Assembly (NCBI RefSeq): GCF_964213995.1
Contig: NW_027590136.1
Coordinates: 1,116,001-1,180,000, forward strand
DNA length: 64,000 bases
From: Mustelus asterias
Taxonomy: Eukaryota
Reading direction: 5' to 3'
In this document: in pieces, positions 12,243 to 22,523 of the stretch
How positions within the stretch are numbered: position 1 is the first letter of the stretch
Layout: each line of letters begins with the position of its first letter
Position numbers and translations under genes: made by a program
The notes under the pieces: generated by a model
Database searches by the model: none
Told to the model about the DNA's origin: nothing
Seen by the model: only the letters and a program-made list of their open reading frames with translations

Positions 12243-12589
12243 CTTTTTCTGTAACATCAGAACCACTTGCGGGACAGCTGCACAGGGTTTCTCCTTGTGC
12301 ACAAGTCATTAAAGGCCCCACATTGGATTATGCCTGGTGTCCAGTGCTGTTTGTACTCAAGTCGACTAAGAGTGCCTAAAGTTGCTGGTACCCAGGATCT
12401 CTGACAACTCTCCCTAACCGGACCTTGATTATCCAAAGGTTGGCCAGAATCCTCTCCAGTAACTTACCCGCCACTGTTGTCAGGTTCACCGGCCTGTAAT
12501 TACCAGGCTTCTCTTTGCAACCCTTCTTAAACAACGGAACAACATGAGCCACACTCTCGTCTTCCAGAACTTCCAGAACTCGTCATCAC

Positions 12590-13538
12590 GGAAGAGACTG
12601 ATTCCTATTGGCTGATTCAGGCAGGGCTCCATTGTGATGTCACAATGTGGAAGTTGTCCAATGAGCTTCAGAGTGAAACTCCCTCCTCTGGGCAACATCT
12701 GGGAGGAAATCAATGTTTCCCCCTTTCCATTTCTTTTCTCATTCTGGGGGAAATTGGGGACTTGCAGCAACTGAAGGGAAAGGGAGTGAATTTGGTCTGT
12801 ACATTCCACACATTTTTACTCCAGTAATGTAGACATTTATCTGTCTGGCAGCCTGCATGGAAATTTTCAGCTCTCTCTGTGCCCAGGACAGGAAGCAGCG
12901 AGCGTGGATCTGTCAATCAGCCTCAATCAGCACCTTCAGGAGAATTGGGAGGGTGAATATTAGATACAGCAGAGTGAGAATGGAGGGAGAGTGTGTGGGA
13001 TGGAGGTTCACAGCTTTTGGGGAATGAGAGAGGAAAGAATGTTCTATAGAAACTAGAATTGTCTGTTCTGAATTTCTATCCTGTACTGACACTGATGACT
13101 TTTGTAAATTCCTTTTGCAGGATATCAGAAGGTGAAGATTTAAAGACAATTATCAAACCAAACTTCACATCAAAATCTAACATAGTCACTCAGTTCATTG
13201 GGACCTGAATATCATCGACCTTTGAACCTAGAATGGAAATGTTTCTCTGCTCTGTCTGCTTCAGGAGATTTTAAACATCAGTGTGACTGGAAAAGCACCG
13301 AGACACACACACACTGAAACATGAACACACCGGAGTGACTGTGGAAAGAACTTTAACCAGTTAAACAGCCTGAAAATACATTGCAGCAGAGAGACTGCAC
13401 CCATGTTATGTTGTAATTGAACTGATTGTCAAGCCTGGAGAGTCACAAGGACACCCGCACCATGGAGAAATTGTGTAAATGTGGGGACTGTGGGAAAGGA
13501 TTCAGGTTCCCATCTGCACTGGAAACTCATCAGCGCAG
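12590..13538 (+). pseudogene. ZNF cassette 3, truncated in finger 1 by the ERV LTR
   Basis: CCAAT and palindromic CATTGTGATGTCACAATG promoter; exon-1 donor mutated (GGGAGG vs GTGAGT in the paralog); acceptor TTTTGCAG at 13120; MEKLCKCGDCGKGFRFPSALETHQR from 13462, ending at the LTR. Confidence 0.85.
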
Positions 13539-14116
13539 TGTTTTGCCGGACCGGTAACAGGTTCGTGGAGGTGGTCTGAGAGAAAGAATTCACACTACAC
13601 CAGTATTGCTAGAATAAAATGTGTCTCTTTATTCCCCACAATACATGGACAAGTTCTACAAGTATCATTCAATGGGCTAAGCCTTATATAGTTTAACTAC
13701 CCTGACACGTGGACTGGAGAGCCGTCAGTCCAGGTAGAGTGGCTTACCTCCCGCCGGGCGTCCGTACGTAACCCACGGCAGACTCTGCTGTAGTAGGGAC
13801 TTTCCCGCATATTTATAGAGAAAAGCCTCTCTTTGTTCTGGACATCTGAATATGAGTCACTCTTGGTATCCGGCCAAGTACGTGATGTTTAGAGCAGTCT
13901 CGTGCAATACAAGTTCTATTGTTCGCAGCTCAAGAAAACAAGTTTAATGGTTAATCATTCACGCTATGTCTTGGGCACGGATCTAATTTAATTATGTTTT
14001 GACATGTTTATCCTTTCATGTGGACAGGCTGTCTCCATTGTCCGTAGCAGTTGTCAGCATACGAGATTTTGCTGACAGGGTTGAAATCGGGACATTAACT
14101 CTTTATTCTCCTAACA
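13539..14116 (-). repeat. 3' LTR
   Basis: Direct repeat of 17508-18085; one mismatch found by eye (13905 C vs 17874 T). TATAAA ~13812-13817 and AATAAA 13628-13633 on the minus strand. Confidence 0.97.
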
Positions 14117-14147
14117 TTCCACCTGTTGGACCGATTTCAATCACCAT

Positions 14148-15992
14148 TTACCTCAACGCAGTGTGATACAGGGTACTTTCCAAACCCTGTTTCACACGCC
14201 TGACATATACACAGGTAAGTACATTACAACAAGTTAAAACAGCAACAATCACAAATATCAATATCAGAGGAGGCAAAACATATCGCCGGGCCGTTTGTGA
14301 TATCCCGGTTAGCAAGTCCCACCAATGATGGGCTGATTCATTCTCTATCATTCGCGCAGCATGTACTACCTGTTCTCCGGCTATAAAGGTAGAGACCATG
14401 ACACGGGACACGTTAGACTTATGAGAGTCAATTATATGTTTTAGCTCCGTCGACTGATTCAATGCGCATTTGAACCTGTCGAGAGAGACTCGCCATGGCA
14501 TATGGAGAACTTTCCACTGAGCCGTACTCAAGCGAGATTCAGTGCTATAATTAGTCAATTTGTAAGTCTTGTTCGCCCAATGCCAAATGTACACCCCCTT
14601 CAAACACCCAGAGAACGGTATCTGCGGCAATAATGGTTGGCGGTGTATGGTGGCCACACATACAGCGTGGGGCCCAATCTGCCACAAGATATCTCGTGGT
14701 TTCTCTACTCGCCACTCACATAATGCCGTGTCATCAGTTAAACATGGATCGCGATATCTTGTCATAGTTAAACATGCCAATCCTCTGTCAGTGTCTTCAC
14801 ATGTTGACAAATCATAAGTCCAATTGTTTTTAGGACTAAACCAGTTACCATTAGTTCTCAGAAAGTAAAACCCATGCAGGGTAATTACAGGCAGTACATG
14901 GTATTTACATACAGATATTACATCTGCCACATTCATCAAGGTGTAATGTCCAGTACATGCTGTTTTGTTACAAACAGTTTTATCTGAGCGGGCTTGCACC
15001 CACAAAGTGTCCGATATGTTCCAGAGTTCTCGCAGTTCATGAGAGTTACCCGTAGTAACTATTCGGATAAACCTCTCTTGTTGCACTCGCATGTGCACTC
15101 CTTGGATGTTGCAGATAGTCATATTAAGTGCCGCCGTGATGTTATGCATAAGTTCCTGTGTCGCATTCCACATTCGCTTCTCCCAGTCCAGAGTTCGTAG
15201 CAGAATCCGTGCTGTTTCCACTTGCGTTTTCACAACCGTGGGCATCCATATTCCGACAGTATGGAGCCCGTGTGATGTCGAATATCCAGTGTCCGATAAC
15301 ATAGTTCTGGTAACTTCATTGTCAGCCGCATTAGAGATACCTAGTACTGTACCAGTCCCACCCAACAGCGTATCATACCATGCTCGCCACCTGCGGGCGC
15401 CAGAACAGGTAGGTAGCGAGGGCAGAATGACAGTCCAGTGTACCTCAGTGTGCGTGAGCTGATTCGCCATCTTTCGACAAGTATGTAGGACTGGGGCGAA
15501 TTGTGTTTGTTCTATTATAGGCTTGTTTGGTAGGAACATTATTGCATATAGGAATGTATTGCGGCCTTTTATTTCTGTACTGTTCTGGAACCATACCAAT
15601 CGAGGCCTCTCACCTGTCACAGTAATATTCCAGGTGGTGCCATTTTCCTTACTGGACATACAGGTTCTATTCCTTCTTGTTTGTATCTGGCAAAGTGGAG
15701 CTCCTGCCGTTATGGTAACCGTACAATTCATAGCAGTTGTGGGGAGAGCTTTGTTGTTGTCCAAGCATTTTTCACAACGATATAGCTTACACACACTCGT
15801 TATATTCGTGATTCCGCACATTCGATTCGCGCCACAAGTGAACTCCCCTTGAGTTCTATTATGGGTGGAGTTCTTCCATGCGAGGCGAAAACCGCCAAGC
15901 TTTTCGGTCAATTGATGACCAGGGGTCCCCTCAACCCATATCCACGAGATCAAGAGTATTCCTGCTATCAGTATCAACGTCAATCGTTCCAT
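14148..15992 (-). CDS. env: Intact retroviral envelope glycoprotein, 614 aa
   Basis: Signal peptide, Cys- and N-glycan-rich SU, RRWR cleavage site, fusion peptide AWYDTLLGGTGTVLG, Trp-rich MPER, TM helix, short tail. Splice acceptor TCTTTTACAG 12 nt upstream of the ATG. Confidence 0.92.
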   Translation of the reverse strand: MERLTLILIAGILLISWIWVEGTPGHQLTEKLGGFRLAWKNSTHNRTQGEFTCGANRMCGITNITSVCKLYRCEKCLDNNKALPTTAMNCTVTITAGAPLCQIQTRRNRTCMSSKENGTTWNITVTGERPRLVWFQNSTEIKGRNTFLYAIMFLPNKPIIEQTQFAPVLHTCRKMANQLTHTEVHWTVILPSLPTCSGARRWRAWYDTLLGGTGTVLGISNAADNEVTRTMLSDTGYSTSHGLHTVGIWMPTVVKTQVETARILLRTLDWEKRMWNATQELMHNITAALNMTICNIQGVHMRVQQERFIRIVTTGNSHELRELWNISDTLWVQARSDKTVCNKTACTGHYTLMNVADVISVCKYHVLPVITLHGFYFLRTNGNWFSPKNNWTYDLSTCEDTDRGLACLTMTRYRDPCLTDDTALCEWRVEKPRDILWQIGPHAVCVATIHRQPLLPQIPFSGCLKGVYIWHWANKTYKLTNYSTESRLSTAQWKVLHMPWRVSLDRFKCALNQSTELKHIIDSHKSNVSRVMVSTFIAGEQVVHAARMIENESAHHWWDLLTGISQTARRYVLPPLILIFVIVAVLTCCNVLTCVYVRRVKQGLESTLYHTALR

Positions 15993-16034
15993 GCTGTTTT
16001 ATTCCTGTAAAAGAGATCAATCTTCAAGACATAG

Positions 16035-17243
16035 TTAATCTTCTCGTAGATAACATTTCTTAGCAGGGACATTAACCCATTTGGGCTCACCAGGGTACAT
16101 TACCGTTACGGTTCCATCACTGCCTTGAGCAATGATTTCAGCAGCTCTGGGTGGGCCAGTTTCCTGTTTCACCCAGACTTTAGCTCCAGGTTTATCTGTT
16201 GAGCCAAAACCACCAGTTCCTCTTTCAGTCACCACCTGTGGGATACCAACTTCAACGGCCGGTGCCATCTCACAGGGTTTAATCACCAGTTGGGCGATTT
16301 TATTATTTGCAGTCACAGTATAGGGATCAGGTTTAATATTACACAGAACCACCCCAATTTCTCCTTGATAATCTGAATCAATGACTCCTGCCATAACAGT
16401 TATCCCCTTCAGGGACAATCCAGAACGGGGAAGGATGTGCCCATAAGTTCCCTTAGGGCACTGCAATCCCAATCCGGTTTTAATAACAGTAGGTGTATCT
16501 TGTGGCAGGGTCACTGTTTCTAAGGTTCTTAGATCTAAACCGGCCGAGCCAGGCGTGGCTCGCCGCGGTAATTCTGCTTTATCATCCAATTTCCACATTT
16601 TGATTGATTCTCCTTGTGGGGTTTCACATACATGGACCATTCGGTTCAAAGGCGTGACTCCCCCACCTAGCGGTCGATTATTAATTTGCTTCAATACTTG
16701 ATTTAATTTCACCTTCCAATTAGACAAATCATCAGAAGTACTAGCCTTTCGCAATGAGGTTTTCAGTATTCCATTCATTCTTTCAATTAATCCTGCTGCT
16801 TGGGGATAGTACGGAATATGGTATATCCACTCCACATGATTGTCAGTGGCCCATTGTCGGACCAGGTTTCCCGTAAAGTGGGAACCATTGTCACTATCAC
16901 TCCAAATGTTTCCATCCCACGTATCGGGATTCCAGCCGCTCCCGTCCCCCAATCTAGCTACAAATGCTTTAATTTTCACCATTTCCAATTCTCTAGGTTT
17001 TTTACGCTTCTTCCTCCGATTTATTCTGGATACATAACCCACTGCCTGGCCAGCCAGGGTTTTAAGGGCTTCTAATTCTGTTTCTAACTTTATTATTTTT
17101 TGCTTTAACAACGAATTATTACATTCCTGTTCTCCCAATTGCTGTTTCAGTTTAAGAGCATTCTGCTCGGCTTCCTGTCGTTGTTTAAACTGATTCTTCC
17201 ACGCTGTTGCACATACCCACAGTCTCCGCTGAATTCCCTCCAC
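16035..17243 (-). CDS. Gag N-terminal / integrase C-half / dUTPase fusion ORF (deletion product)
   Basis: Coiled coil and ERV-L-type gag motif [11 protein letters not shown] joined to SDNGSHF...IERMNG (D-35-E). Five dUTPase motifs ([30 protein letters not shown]) then a KVWV...AEIIA IN C-terminal domain. Confidence 0.88.
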   Translation of the reverse strand: MEGIQRRLWVCATAWKNQFKQRQEAEQNALKLKQQLGEQECNNSLLKQKIIKLETELEALKTLAGQAVGYVSRINRRKKRKKPRELEMVKIKAFVARLGDGSGWNPDTWDGNIWSDSDNGSHFTGNLVRQWATDNHVEWIYHIPYYPQAAGLIERMNGILKTSLRKASTSDDLSNWKVKLNQVLKQINNRPLGGGVTPLNRMVHVCETPQGESIKMWKLDDKAELPRRATPGSAGLDLRTLETVTLPQDTPTVIKTGLGLQCPKGTYGHILPRSGLSLKGITVMAGVIDSDYQGEIGVVLCNIKPDPYTVTANNKIAQLVIKPCEMAPAVEVGIPQVVTERGTGGFGSTDKPGAKVWVKQETGPPRAAEIIAQGSDGTVTVMYPGEPKWVNVPAKKCYLRED

Positions 17244-17251
17244 GGGGGTCT

Positions 17252-17449
17252 TCAGAGGGACGGTATTTTTAACAGAGTAGATAATACTTCTCCGGGAGAT
17301 CCATCTCGGGTCTCCTCTCCCCAGTTTTCAGCGCGACCCCCTCCGTCTCGGAGGCACGCTGCAACCGGTCTCCACGATCCTTCCCATCCCGGAATGATCG
17401 CTTCCTCTCCCTTTTCCTCCTCCTGTAACTTCTTAGTTTTGCGAAACAT
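17252..17449 (-). CDS. gag: Gag extreme N-terminus (MFRKTKK...), out of frame with the downstream ORF by 1 nt
   Basis: First ATG after the PBS; overlaps the open frame of the fusion ORF over 17254-17327. Confidence 0.65.
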   Translation of the reverse strand: MFRKTKKLQEEEKGEEAIIPGWEGSWRPVAACLRDGGGRAENWGEETRDGSPGEVLSTLLKIPSL

Positions 17450-17486
17450 CTTTCTCCAAGAACCCCCCACCGCCAATTATCACCGT

Positions 17487-17504
17487 ATCCTGCTGACTAC
17501 GCCA
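17487..17504 (-). promoter_or_regulatory. Primer-binding site, tRNA-Ser
   Basis: TGGCGTAGTCAGCAGGAT, 3 nt from the 5' LTR; complementary to the tRNA-Ser 3' end ...ATCCTGC(C/T)GACTACGCCA. Confidence 0.9.
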
Positions 17505-17507
17505 AAA

Positions 17508-18085
17508 TGTTTTGCCGGACCGGTAACAGGTTCGTGGAGGTGGTCTGAGAGAAAGAATTCACACTACACCAGTATTGCTAGAATAAAATGTGTCTCTTTA
17601 TTCCCCACAATACATGGACAAGTTCTACAAGTATCATTCAATGGGCTAAGCCTTATATAGTTTAACTACCCTGACACGTGGACTGGAGAGCCGTCAGTCC
17701 AGGTAGAGTGGCTTACCTCCCGCCGGGCGTCCGTACGTAACCCACGGCAGACTCTGCTGTAGTAGGGACTTTCCCGCATATTTATAGAGAAAAGCCTCTC
17801 TTTGTTCTGGACATCTGAATATGAGTCACTCTTGGTATCCGGCCAAGTACGTGATGTTTAGAGCAGTCTCGTGTAATACAAGTTCTATTGTTCGCAGCTC
17901 AAGAAAACAAGTTTAATGGTTAATCATTCACGCTATGTCTTGGGCACGGATCTAATTTAATTATGTTTTGACATGTTTATCCTTTCATGTGGACAGGCTG
18001 TCTCCATTGTCCGTAGCAGTTGTCAGCATACGAGATTTTGCTGACAGGGTTGAAATCGGGACATTAACTCTTTATTCTCCTAACA
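17508..18085 (-). repeat. 5' LTR
   Basis: 578-bp direct repeat of 13539-14116, adjacent to the PBS. Confidence 0.97.
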
Positions 18086-19740
18086 CCACCTCATCCACTA
18101 CTCCACCAATCTTGGCGTCATCAGCAAATTTACTGATCCACCCTTCAGCCCCCTCCTCTAGTCATTAATAAAAATCACAAAGAGCAGAGGACCAAGCACT
18201 GATCCCTGTGGCACTCCGCTAGCAACCTGCCTCCAATCCGAAAATGTTCCATCCACCACCACCCTCTGTCTTCGATCAGATAGCCATTTACCTATCCAAT
18301 CGGCCAAATTTCCCTCTATCCCACACCTCCTTACTTTCATCATAAGCCGACTATGGGGGACCTTATCAAACGCCTTACTAAAATCCATGTATATGACATC
18401 AACTGCCCTACCTTCATCAACACACTTAGTTACCTCCTCAAAAAATTCTATCAAATTTGTGAGGCATGACATGCCTTTCACGAATCCGTGCTGACTATCC
18501 CAGATTAATCCGCATCTTTCTAAATGGTCGTAAATCCCATCCCTAAGGACCTTTTCCATCAACTTACCAACCACCGAAGTAAGACTAACCGGCCTATAAT
18601 TACCAGGGTCATTTCTATTCCCTTTCTTAAACAAAGGAACAACACCCGCCACTCTCCAGTCCTCTGGCACCATCCCCGTGGACAGTGAGGACCCAAAGAT
18701 CAAAGCCAAAGGCTCTGCAATCTCATCCCTTGCCTCCCAAAGAATCCTAGGATATATTTCATCAGGCCCAGGGGACTTATCGACCTTCAGTTTATTCAAA
18801 ACTGCTAGTACATCCTCCCTCCGAACATCTACTTCCTCCAGCCGATTAGCCTGTAACACCTTCTCTTCCTCAAAAACATGGCCCCTCTCCTTGTTGAACA
18901 CTGAAGAAAAGTATTCATTCATCACCTCTCCTATCTCTACTGACTCCATACACAAGTTCCCATTACTGTCCTTGACCGGCCCTAACCTCACCCTGGTCAT
19001 TCTTTTATTCCTTACATAAGAGTAAAAAGCCTTGGGGTTTTCCTTGATCCGACCCGCCAAGGACTTCTCATGTCCCCTCTAGCTCTCCTAAGCCCCTTTT
19101 TCAGCTCATTCCTTGCTAACTTGTCACCCTCAATCGAGTCATCTGAACCTCGTTTCCTCATCCCTACATAAGCTTCCCTCTTCCTTTTTGCAAGACATTC
19201 CACCTCTTTTGTGAACCATGGTTCCCTCACTCGGCCATTTCCTCCCTGCCTGACAGGGACATACCTATCAAGGACATGCAGTATTTGTTCCTTGAACAAG
19301 CTCCATTTTTCATTTGTGCCTTTCCCTGACAATTTCTGTTCCCAACTTATACCCCCTAATTCTTGCCTAATCGCATCATAATTACCTCTCCCCCAATTAT
19401 AAACCTTGCCCTGCCATACGGCCCTATCCCTCTCCATTGCAATAACAAAAGACACCGAATTGTGGTCACTATCTCCAAAGTGCTCTCCCGCAACCAAATC
19501 TAACACTTGGCCCGGTTCATTTCCCAGTACCAAATCCAATGTGGCCTCACCTCTTGTCGGCCTATCCACATATTGTGTCAGGAAACCCTCCTGCACACAC
19601 TGCACAAAAGCTGCCCCATCCGAACTATTCAACGTACAAAGGTACCAATCAATATTTGGAAAGTGAAAGTCCCCCATCACAACTACCCTGTGACCCCCGC
19701 ACCTATCCATAATCTGCTTAGCAATTTCTTCGTCCACCTG
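18086..19740 (-). mobile_element. CR1 LINE ORF2 (endonuclease end and RT), cut by the ERV LTR
   Basis: [35 protein letters not shown] and FADD.KIGG motifs, then an abrupt LTR junction. Confidence 0.93.
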
Positions 19741-19812
19741 GTTTCAGCAGCAGATGATCTGAGGCCAGGACAAAGTGGGGCGATGTCACTGAGGTGGAAA
19801 TAGGTAGTGTAG

Positions 19813-20615
19813 GTGGTGATGTGGCAAATCGAGTTAAATACAGATCAGTGTGAGGTGTTGCATCATGGAAAGTCAAACCAAGGTAGAACTTTCACGGTGA
19901 ATGGGAGGACCTCAGGGAGTATCGTGGAACAGAGGGACCTTGGAGTTCAGGTGCACGGTTCTCTTAAGGTGGAGTCACGTGTAGATAGGGCAGTGAAGAA
20001 GGCTTTTGGCATGCTGGCCTTTATCAGTCAGGGCATTGAGTATAGAAGTTGGGAAGTTATGTTGCAGTTGGACAGGACTTTGGTGAGGCTGCACCTGGAA
20101 TATTGTGTTCAGTTTTGGTCACCTTGATTTGGAAAGATGTTATTAAACTGGAGAGAGTGCAGAAGAGATTTACAAGGATGTTGCCAGTACTCAAGTTATA
20201 GGGAGAGATTGGACAGGCAAGGACTTTTTTCTTTGGAGCGTAGGAGACTGAGGGGTGATCTTATAGAGATGTATAAGCTCATCAGAGGCATGGATAGGTT
20301 GAATGCACTCAGTCTTTTTCCCAGGGTTGGGGAATTAAGAATTAGAGGGCATAAGTTTAAGTTAAGAGGGGAAAGAATTAATGGGAACCTGAGGAGCAGC
20401 CTTTTTACACAGAGGATGGTACATGTGTGGAATGAGCTGCTGGAGGGAGTGGTTGAGGCAGGGACATTGTCAACATTTAAAAGGCATTTGGACAGATACA
20501 TGGATAGGAAAGGTTTAGAGGGATATGGGCCAAATGGAGTTTGCTTACATGGGCATTTCTGGTGGGCATGGACCAGTTTGGGCCGAAGGGCCTGTCTCCG
20601 TGCTGTAGATTCTAT
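19813..20615 (+). mobile_element. CR1 3' fragment
   Basis: RDLGVQVH, HLEYCVQFWSP and [12 protein letters not shown] peptides. Confidence 0.9.
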
Positions 20616-21322
20616 GAGGATATGTTTGGAAGCTCAGTTTGAAGTGAAACATGTCACTGAGGTTGTGAATACTCCGGTTCAGCCTCAGACAGTCGCAATG
20701 GGGACAGATGGAGTCAGTGGTTAGGAAGTGGAATTTGTTGCAGGGCTGAAGATGATAGCCTTCATCTTCCAATATTTAACAAAGGCAATTACTGCTCATC
20801 CAGTCCTGGATGTCAGACAAGGGAGGATGGTGTGTAAAGTTGGAGAAGAACGTGAAGATGATGGTGTTCACAGACACCTCTTACCCTGATCCTTCTCGGT
20901 GGGCAGGTTAACGGTTTTAAGGTTCAAACCACTGGTTGAGTTGTAGATACATAAAGTCCCTCCTTTGCCCCCACCTCTCTCTCCATCCATAGAGGCCAGA
21001 GCCTTGTGGAGTCCCAGACTGGATGGCAGATTCCCTTCCCTGGCAGACATTAGTGAACCAGTTGAGGTTTTATGACAATCCGGCAGTTTCCATGGTAACT
21101 TTTTCCCAGTGCCGTCCCCACAAATGACCAGATTCATTCAGCTCAATTTCACAACCTGCCTTTGTGTTTTTGTGGGATCTCTCTCACTCCCTTTTCACTG
21201 TTTTAAATCAATTTCACAGAGATTTGGAAGGGGAGGATTTGCAGTCAGGAAACTCAAACCAAACATCACATCAGGATCTGACTGAGTCGCCCAATTTATT
21301 GTAACCTGAATACCACTGAACC

Positions 21323-22523
21323 TTGAGCATGGAAGGAAAAAGCACCGTTCACAGTGGGGTGAAACTGTACACGTGTCCTGTGTGTGGACAAGGATTCAGA
21401 CAATCATCTGCTCTGTCAAGACACAAGTGCAGTCACACTGAGGAGAAACCGTGGAAATGTGGGGAAGGATTCAGAGACCTGCCTGAACTGGAAATTCACC
21501 AATACAGTAACACTGGGGAGAGGCTGTTCACCTGCTCTGAGTGTGGGAGAGGATTCACTCAGTCATCCACCCTGCTGACACACCAGCGAGTTCACACTGG
21601 AGAGAGGCCATTTATCTGCTCCGAGTGTGGAAAGGGATTCACTCAATCATCTAACCTGCTGACACACCAGCGCACTCACACTGGGGAGAAGCCATTCACC
21701 TGCTCTGAATGTGGGATGCAATTCACGCAGTCATTCAACCTGCTGAGACACCAGCGGGTTCACACTGGAGAGAGGCCATTCACCTGCTCCGAGTGTGGGA
21801 AGGGATTCACTCAGTCATCTACACTGCAGACACACCAGCGAGTTCACACAGAGGAAAGACCATTTAAATGTCCAGAATGTGACAAGTGCGATAAAAGTTT
21901 AAAGGAAGTGATGTTCCATCAACGTGTTCACACTGAGGAGACCATTTAAATGCCCAGACTGCGAGAAGTGCTGTAGAGGTTCCAGAGAACTAATGTTCCA
22001 TCAACGTGTTCACACTGATGAGAGACCGTTCAGGTGCTCTCACTGCGGGACTGGGTTCAAGTGGTCATCTCAACTCACTGAACACCAGCGAATTCACACT
22101 GGGGAGCGGCCGTTCACCTGTACGGACTGTGGGAAGGGATTCACTCGGACATCACACCTCATGGCACATCAGCAAGTTCACACCGATGAGAGACCGTTCA
22201 AATGTCCAGATTGCGGGAAGTGTTGTAAAAGTTCCAGCAATCTAGTGTCCCATCAACGTGTTCACAGTGAGGAGACACCTTTTAAACGTCCAGACTGCGG
22301 GAAATGCAATAAAAGCTGCAGCGATCTGATGTCTCATCAACGTGGTCACACTGATGAGAGACCGTTCAAGTGCATTCACTGCGGGACTGGGTTCAGGCGA
22401 CCATCCCAACTCACTGTCCACCAGCGAATTCACACTGGGGAGAGGCCGTTCACCTGCTCCAAATGTGGAAAGGGATTCACTCAGAAATACAACCTGTTGA
22501 GCCATCAGCGAGTTGACAAGTGA
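21323..22523 (+). pseudogene. C2H2 ZNF gene of ~14 fingers with a frameshift near 21940 (ZNF cassette 4, different subfamily)
   Basis: ORFs 21323-21949 and 21924-22523 both encode tandem fingers; the linker CACTGAGGAGACCATTT lacks 2 nt. Several fingers have lost Cys/His. Acceptor at 21219; AATAAA at ~22614. Confidence 0.85.

Larger units (their letters stand above)
13539..18085 (-). mobile_element. Internally deleted class III (ERV-L/ERV-S-like) endogenous retrovirus, 4547 bp
   Basis: Paired 578-bp TG...CA LTRs, tRNA-Ser PBS, gag-N, IN-dUTPase, env and PPT in canonical order. Confidence 0.95.
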
